The notes below the pieces were generated by a model. The model was not told where the DNA came from. It saw only the letters and a program-made list of their open reading frames with translations, and made no database searches. From Thermoproteota archaeon (lineage in GTDB: Archaea; Thermoproteota; Thermoprotei_A; EX4484-217-1; JAPDJV01), in NCBI GenBank assembly GCA_029258925.1, contig JAPDJV010000001.1, forward strand, positions 9,885 to 73,884: a stretch of DNA of 64,000 nucleotides, written 5' to 3'. The translations under genes and the position numbers were made by a program. Positions 60,011 to 64,000 of the stretch are shown here, in pieces. Each line of letters begins with the position of its first letter. Position 1 is the stretch's first letter.

Positions 60011-60826
60011 TTGGAGTTTACTGGACTAATTATCGGTATTGTAATGTTGACTATAGGTGTGATGTGCTTAGGGGGATTTCCGAGGAGCCCCAGGTTCTGG
60101 ATTAAAATGAGGGTGGGGAAAGGGATACTAGTGGATGATGCATGGAAAAAAGCGAACACTATAATTGGAGCACACATCTTCTTTACTGGAATTCTTCTCG
60201 CCACATTATCCATTTACATTGAGGATCCCATGATGTCGTTAATAACCTCCTTTTTCTGCGTACCAGTATCATTAATAGCCTCGATCATCCACGCCTCAAG
60301 GATATCCGAGGAGAAAGCATTAAAGAAAAAGAAGGTGACTGGGCCCAGAATCCCTAGGCCGTCGAGAGAATTGTCAAGAAAGTTCTTCACCGTCTTCACA
60401 GTCTTAAGTATAGTTTTTGTTATCCTCTCAGCTTACTTATCATCGTACAGTAGCGTAGGAGTCCCAATGTCTTTTGACGTAGAGGGTAGGCCGATACAGC
60501 TATTAGATAACTGGGACTATTTTACTAGAAGCGTATTGGTAGGGTTTGTACTATACTTCACGGGCCTCATCTTACTGATATTCTTGAGTAAACCTGTTAG
60601 GATTACGGGAGATGAGAGAACTAGATTGGGGAGGAGAATAATATTAAATTTCGTAGTACTCATGGATTCTTCAGTTCTCGCTTCCATAATGGTTTCCCAA
60701 GTAAATACGATATGCTACTACCATTATGGTAGTCCGCTACTTACGGGAACATTATTTGATGTAGCGAGGTTTTCTGTAATATTGCTTCCAACCATATGGT
60801 TCTTGAAGAACCTATTATTCTCCTAA
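60011..60826 (+). CDS. integral membrane protein, uncharacterised
   Basis: 271 aa, 6-7 hydrophobic segments. Confidence 0.35.
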   Translation: MEFTGLIIGIVMLTIGVMCLGGFPRSPRFWIKMRVGKGILVDDAWKKANTIIGAHIFFTGILLATLSIYIEDPMMSLITSFFCVPVSLIASIIHASRISEEKALKKKKVTGPRIPRPSRELSRKFFTVFTVLSIVFVILSAYLSSYSSVGVPMSFDVEGRPIQLLDNWDYFTRSVLVGFVLYFTGLILLIFLSKPVRITGDERTRLGRRIILNFVVLMDSSVLASIMVSQVNTICYYHYGSPLLTGTLFDVARFSVILLPTIWFLKNLLFS

Positions 60827-60913
60827 CAAACATTCGAGAATCGTAATACCGCCGTGTTTATACTAGAAGTTTTTCTTAAAAAATAAATTAAATTTAGGTT
60901 ATTGTCTGTTTAT

Positions 60914-63900
60914 CTATTTCCTCCTCATAATAAACGTCAATACTGCTGCTCCAACCACTAGGCCTATTACAGCTCCTACTGCTCCACCCATCGTGGTACC
61001 TGATTGCCTTGCCTGATCTGCCTGGTGGGAGTTGTAAGCGTTGATTATGCTCACTGGACTGCTTTCACCAGTGTTCCCTGCAGCATCTGTAACTACGAGC
61101 TTGAAGGTGTATGTGCCGTCACCCATTTTAGTGAAGTCTACCGTCATGTGATCTACATTCGATACATCTATTTCCGTGACGTCTCCTGAGGGCAGCGTCA
61201 TTATGAGGCGTGCTTTAACTACGTCAGTAGACCAGGTGAAGTTTAGTGTAGCTGGAGCAGTAACTTCCTGTCCAGCTACAGCACACTCTATTGAAGCTGT
61301 TGGAGCAGTATTGTCTGAAGTAAACGATAATTCTCTTCTAACAACGTTCCCTGCTTCATCGATGACCCTAATAGCCAGCGTGTGGTTTCCATCGCTCAAA
61401 CCTGTAGTATCTATTGTGAGCACCTTCTCATCGTAGAGTCCTGTGAGATTCCAAGTGGCAAGCAAGCTTCCATCTATGTATGCTTCCATAGATTTCAGTT
61501 CTATGTTGTCACTTGCCTGGAGCGTGAAGGTTATTGAGCCTGCAATGGGTTTATCCAGCCTGGCTGGAACTATGGTGATTGAAGGCCTTGACTTGTCGGT
61601 TACGAACGTGGCCGATGATATGGTCCTTAAACCTACCAAATCTGATGCTTCTACTTCAACTACGTGGCTTCCATCATCTAGGTCTGCTACAACAACAGTT
61701 ATAGTAGTACTGTATACAGTTACGTTCTCCTCGAAGGCGACGTTTAATACTTCTCTACCGTCCACTCTAACCACAACATGAGCTAGTCCAACGTTGTCTG
61801 ATGCAACAATTTCCATGTTAAACGTGTTGTTTTGTACTCCAGATGGCACTATTGCTGTCGCGGAGGGCGCGGTTCTGTCCACTATTACTTGAACAACAGC
61901 ATCCGAGCTGTGTCCAACCACGTCGAATACCATAGCCCTTATTTCGTAAGCTCCTTCACCTAGAGCTGTAACGTTGACATTTAAGTCTGCTACAAAACTT
62001 GCCTGCTCAGATATCTCCCATTCTCCTATAATCTCTCCGTTCAGGAGGACTGTGACATGTAATATTCCAATGCTATCCGATGCCTCGATCCTAACAGGTA
62101 TGTTGTTTAATGCATACTCTGTGGCAGCCTCTAAGTCCACTGTTGGAGGCGTGTTATCTGACACAAAGCTCACACTAGCGTTTTCAACGTTCCCAGCTAA
62201 ATCGAATACTTTGAATATGACAACGTGGTCTCCGTCTGGAATACTGGATGTATCAACTATTAAAAAGTCCTCGTACTCCGTTAGATCGGTGATGTTGAAC
62301 ACTGCTATAAGATAGTCTTCGCTATCTAAGTAGGCTTCTACCCTCATTAATCCAATGCTATCGTATACGTTGAACGATATGTTTATGCTATTTGAAACGT
62401 AGTACTCACCTAGCCATGGAAGCACTGTTGGACTAGAGTAGTCAACTATGAACGTTCCAGTCCAAGTATTAACGAGGCCTGCTGCATCCCATGCTATAAT
62501 AGTTATGTTGTGCTGTCCCTCCCATAGATCTGTTACATTAATTACTATGGTGTCTGCGACCTCCGTAGCAGCGGGTATGTAGTACTTTACTAGTATGCCA
62601 TCTAGATAAACATCGACCTCAGACAACATCGCGTCTGACGTGTATATTGATATGTTGAAGTTGCTGTTATAGTAGCCCTCAGTTACCGGAGCCTCCTCCA
62701 TTTCGATGTTGAGGCATGGAGGTGTTCTGTCGAGCGTAAACGTTGTATTGTACCAGGTATATCTTCCAACCTGGTCGAATCCCTTAATCGAGATTTCATG
62801 TTTGCCCTCGTCCAGTCCAGTAGTATTGACGTAGAAGACGAATGCTCCATATTTCATAGCATTGGCTACAAGGTAATATTCTGTGGTTGCATCTCCACTA
62901 TAATAGTCCACTACTATATAATATGTTCCAGTGTAGGTGGCAACGAAGTCAACTTCCTCGTATGTTGTCGTGCCTACGGAATATCCTATGACGTTGAAGT
63001 CTTCATCTAAAACGTATAGGTCTAGGTCTACTGTTGGATCATCCCATTCCAGGACGACTGAAGTGGTCTCGCCTATCATTAAGCTCATAGAATACATCTT
63101 GTACACATCCTTTGGGCTGATAGTATCGTAAACTTCTACGGGAGTCCTGATCGAAACCGGCATCGTGGTGTTCACTAGCTGATTGTCTATGTAGAGCTCT
63201 ACTTCCCATGGCTGCGCATCGATTATTTCACCTGTGATCTCGAAGTCTCCTGAAGTGACCTCAGGTATTCCATAGACCTCTATTTCTGGAGGCTTCGTGT
63301 CCAGTATTATAGTGTCGGAAATGCTTTCCACGTAATTACCAATGTAGTCGTTGCACTGAGATGATACAACCAGTTTTCCATCTGGAATGATGTCCCAGGC
63401 CCCGTCGAGCACTACCACATTGAATACAATTCTGAGCAATCCGTCTCCCACAATACTGTATGTTGCCTCTACCTCCACTTGCTCTTCGATTCCAGGTACG
63501 TTAGGCGTTATCTGGCTTTCAACGTTCACCACTGTGCCTCCAGACTCTATGTAAGAATCTAAGTCTAATTCCCAGGATATGGTGAAGATGTCGCGTGATT
63601 CGCCGTATATGTCTTCGAGTTCGGATAACACTATCGTCCCACTAATTGGCGTGTAGTCTTCTACTACAACGGCGAAAGTTGCATTTCCTCCTGTCCAAAT
63701 GTTGCTGTCGATTGTACATTGTGTTTTAGGCGGAGACCTGTCGACTATGAAGTATACTTCACGAGAGGTTTCTGCGAATGCTGTTTCAACGTCCAGTTTA
63801 ATTGATCTGAAGCCCTCGGCTAATGATAGCGTGTTCATCTCTGCTATTATGTACCCTATTACATTGTTTATTGGAATTATGAAGACCTCTGCTTCGACTC

Positions 63901-64000
63901 CTACATCAGTTACTGCCTTAATACTCGAAATTCCTTCAGGCGCAATGTATATCCAGGTAAACGACGCCTCGTAGCTGTCGGCTGAAGCTATCTTAGTTGC
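60914..64000 (-). CDS. large cell-surface (glyco)protein with more than 8 tandem Ig-like/Big-like repeat domains and C-terminal TM anchor; 5' end lies beyond window
   Basis: Reading frame stays open from 63838 to the window edge (I translated it); recurring ~95-aa units marked by ASD(N/S)(I/V)G-type motifs; dense N-x-S/T sequons; C-terminal GGAVGAVIGLVVGAAVLTFIMRRK anchor. Confidence 0.5.
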   Translation of the reverse strand, partial: ATKIASADSYEASFTWIYIAPEGISSIKAVTDVGVEAEVFIIPINNVIGYIIAEMNTLSLAEGFRSIKLDVETAFAETSREVYFIVDRSPPKTQCTIDSNIWTGGNATFAVVVEDYTPISGTIVLSELEDIYGESRDIFTISWELDLDSYIESGGTVVNVESQITPNVPGIEEQVEVEATYSIVGDGLLRIVFNVVVLDGAWDIIPDGKLVVSSQCNDYIGNYVESISDTIILDTKPPEIEVYGIPEVTSGDFEITGEIIDAQPWEVELYIDNQLVNTTMPVSIRTPVEVYDTISPKDVYKMYSMSLMIGETTSVVLEWDDPTVDLDLYVLDEDFNVIGYSVGTTTYEEVDFVATYTGTYYIVVDYYSGDATTEYYLVANAMKYGAFVFYVNTTGLDEGKHEISIKGFDQVGRYTWYNTTFTLDRTPPCLNIEMEEAPVTEGYYNSNFNISIYTSDAMLSEVDVYLDGILVKYYIPAATEVADTIVINVTDLWEGQHNITIIAWDAAGLVNTWTGTFIVDYSSPTVLPWLGEYYVSNSINISFNVYDSIGLMRVEAYLDSEDYLIAVFNITDLTEYEDFLIVDTSSIPDGDHVVIFKVFDLAGNVENASVSFVSDNTPPTVDLEAATEYALNNIPVRIEASDSIGILHVTVLLNGEIIGEWEISEQASFVADLNVNVTALGEGAYEIRAMVFDVVGHSSDAVVQVIVDRTAPSATAIVPSGVQNNTFNMEIVASDNVGLAHVVVRVDGREVLNVAFEENVTVYSTTITVVVADLDDGSHVVEVEASDLVGLRTISSATFVTDKSRPSITIVPARLDKPIAGSITFTLQASDNIELKSMEAYIDGSLLATWNLTGLYDEKVLTIDTTGLSDGNHTLAIRVIDEAGNVVRRELSFTSDNTAPTASIECAVAGQEVTAPATLNFTWSTDVVKARLIMTLPSGDVTEIDVSNVDHMTVDFTKMGDGTYTFKLVVTDAAGNTGESSPVSIINAYNSHQADQARQSGTTMGGAVGAVIGLVVGAAVLTFIMRRK

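Noticed and set aside
1-64000. CRISPR arrays, tRNA/rRNA genes, transposases/IS elements
   Set aside because: No direct repeats with regular spacers; intergenic regions lack GGTTCGAATCC-type T-loops or cloverleaf candidates; no transposase- or integrase-like ORF.

Overview
Dense, gene-rich chromosomal segment (about 90% coding, both strands) from a thermophilic archaeon. The taxon, probably a crenarchaeote (Thermoprotei), is inferred from gene content and short leader regions and is not proven. I found no rRNA, tRNA, CRISPR array or obvious transposase. Recognisable content, in order: a PGI/PMI plus MFS transporter pair; a Fe-S/sulfur-trafficking neighbourhood (NifX-like domain protein, two translationally coupled MinD/Mrp ATPases with 2x[4Fe-4S] ferredoxin insertions, a TusA-like protein, IscU, an IscS interrupted by an in-frame TGA, a SufS-type desulfurase, and a multiply disrupted cysteine-synthase-family pseudogene); pyrE and pyrF behind an ArsR-type regulator; a SepCysS/SepRS pair for tRNA-dependent cysteine synthesis; a PHP phosphoesterase; a radical SAM enzyme followed by a ThiS/MoaD-like GG-terminal protein and a TtuA/NcsA tRNA-thiolation ATPase; SAH hydrolase; the pyrB-pyrI-pyrK-pyrC-pyrD operon; an ACT/V4R protein; an M28 peptidase; an uncharacterised four-gene operon (SPFH/band-7-like protein with C-terminal zinc ribbons, a coiled-coil protein, two paralogous zinc-ribbon membrane proteins); DUF89 and YkgJ-type proteins; a NitT/TauT-type ABC transporter; a D-amino-acid/peptide catabolic cluster (DppA-type D-aminopeptidase, a frameshifted M20 peptidase, a dipeptide epimerase, D-aminoacylase, a five-gene Opp/Dpp ABC transporter, and a second dihydroorotase-like amidohydrolase); an MBL-fold hydrolase; a secreted GH99-like protein; a Val/Ile/Leu-family class I tRNA synthetase with atypical signature motifs; and a giant surface protein with tandem Ig-like repeats that runs off the window end. 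Several genes carry single-site lesions (an in-frame stop, or +1 frameshifts in short base runs). These may be real pseudogenes or assembly indel errors. All functional calls rest on motif recognition from the translated ORFs, since no database search was possible.
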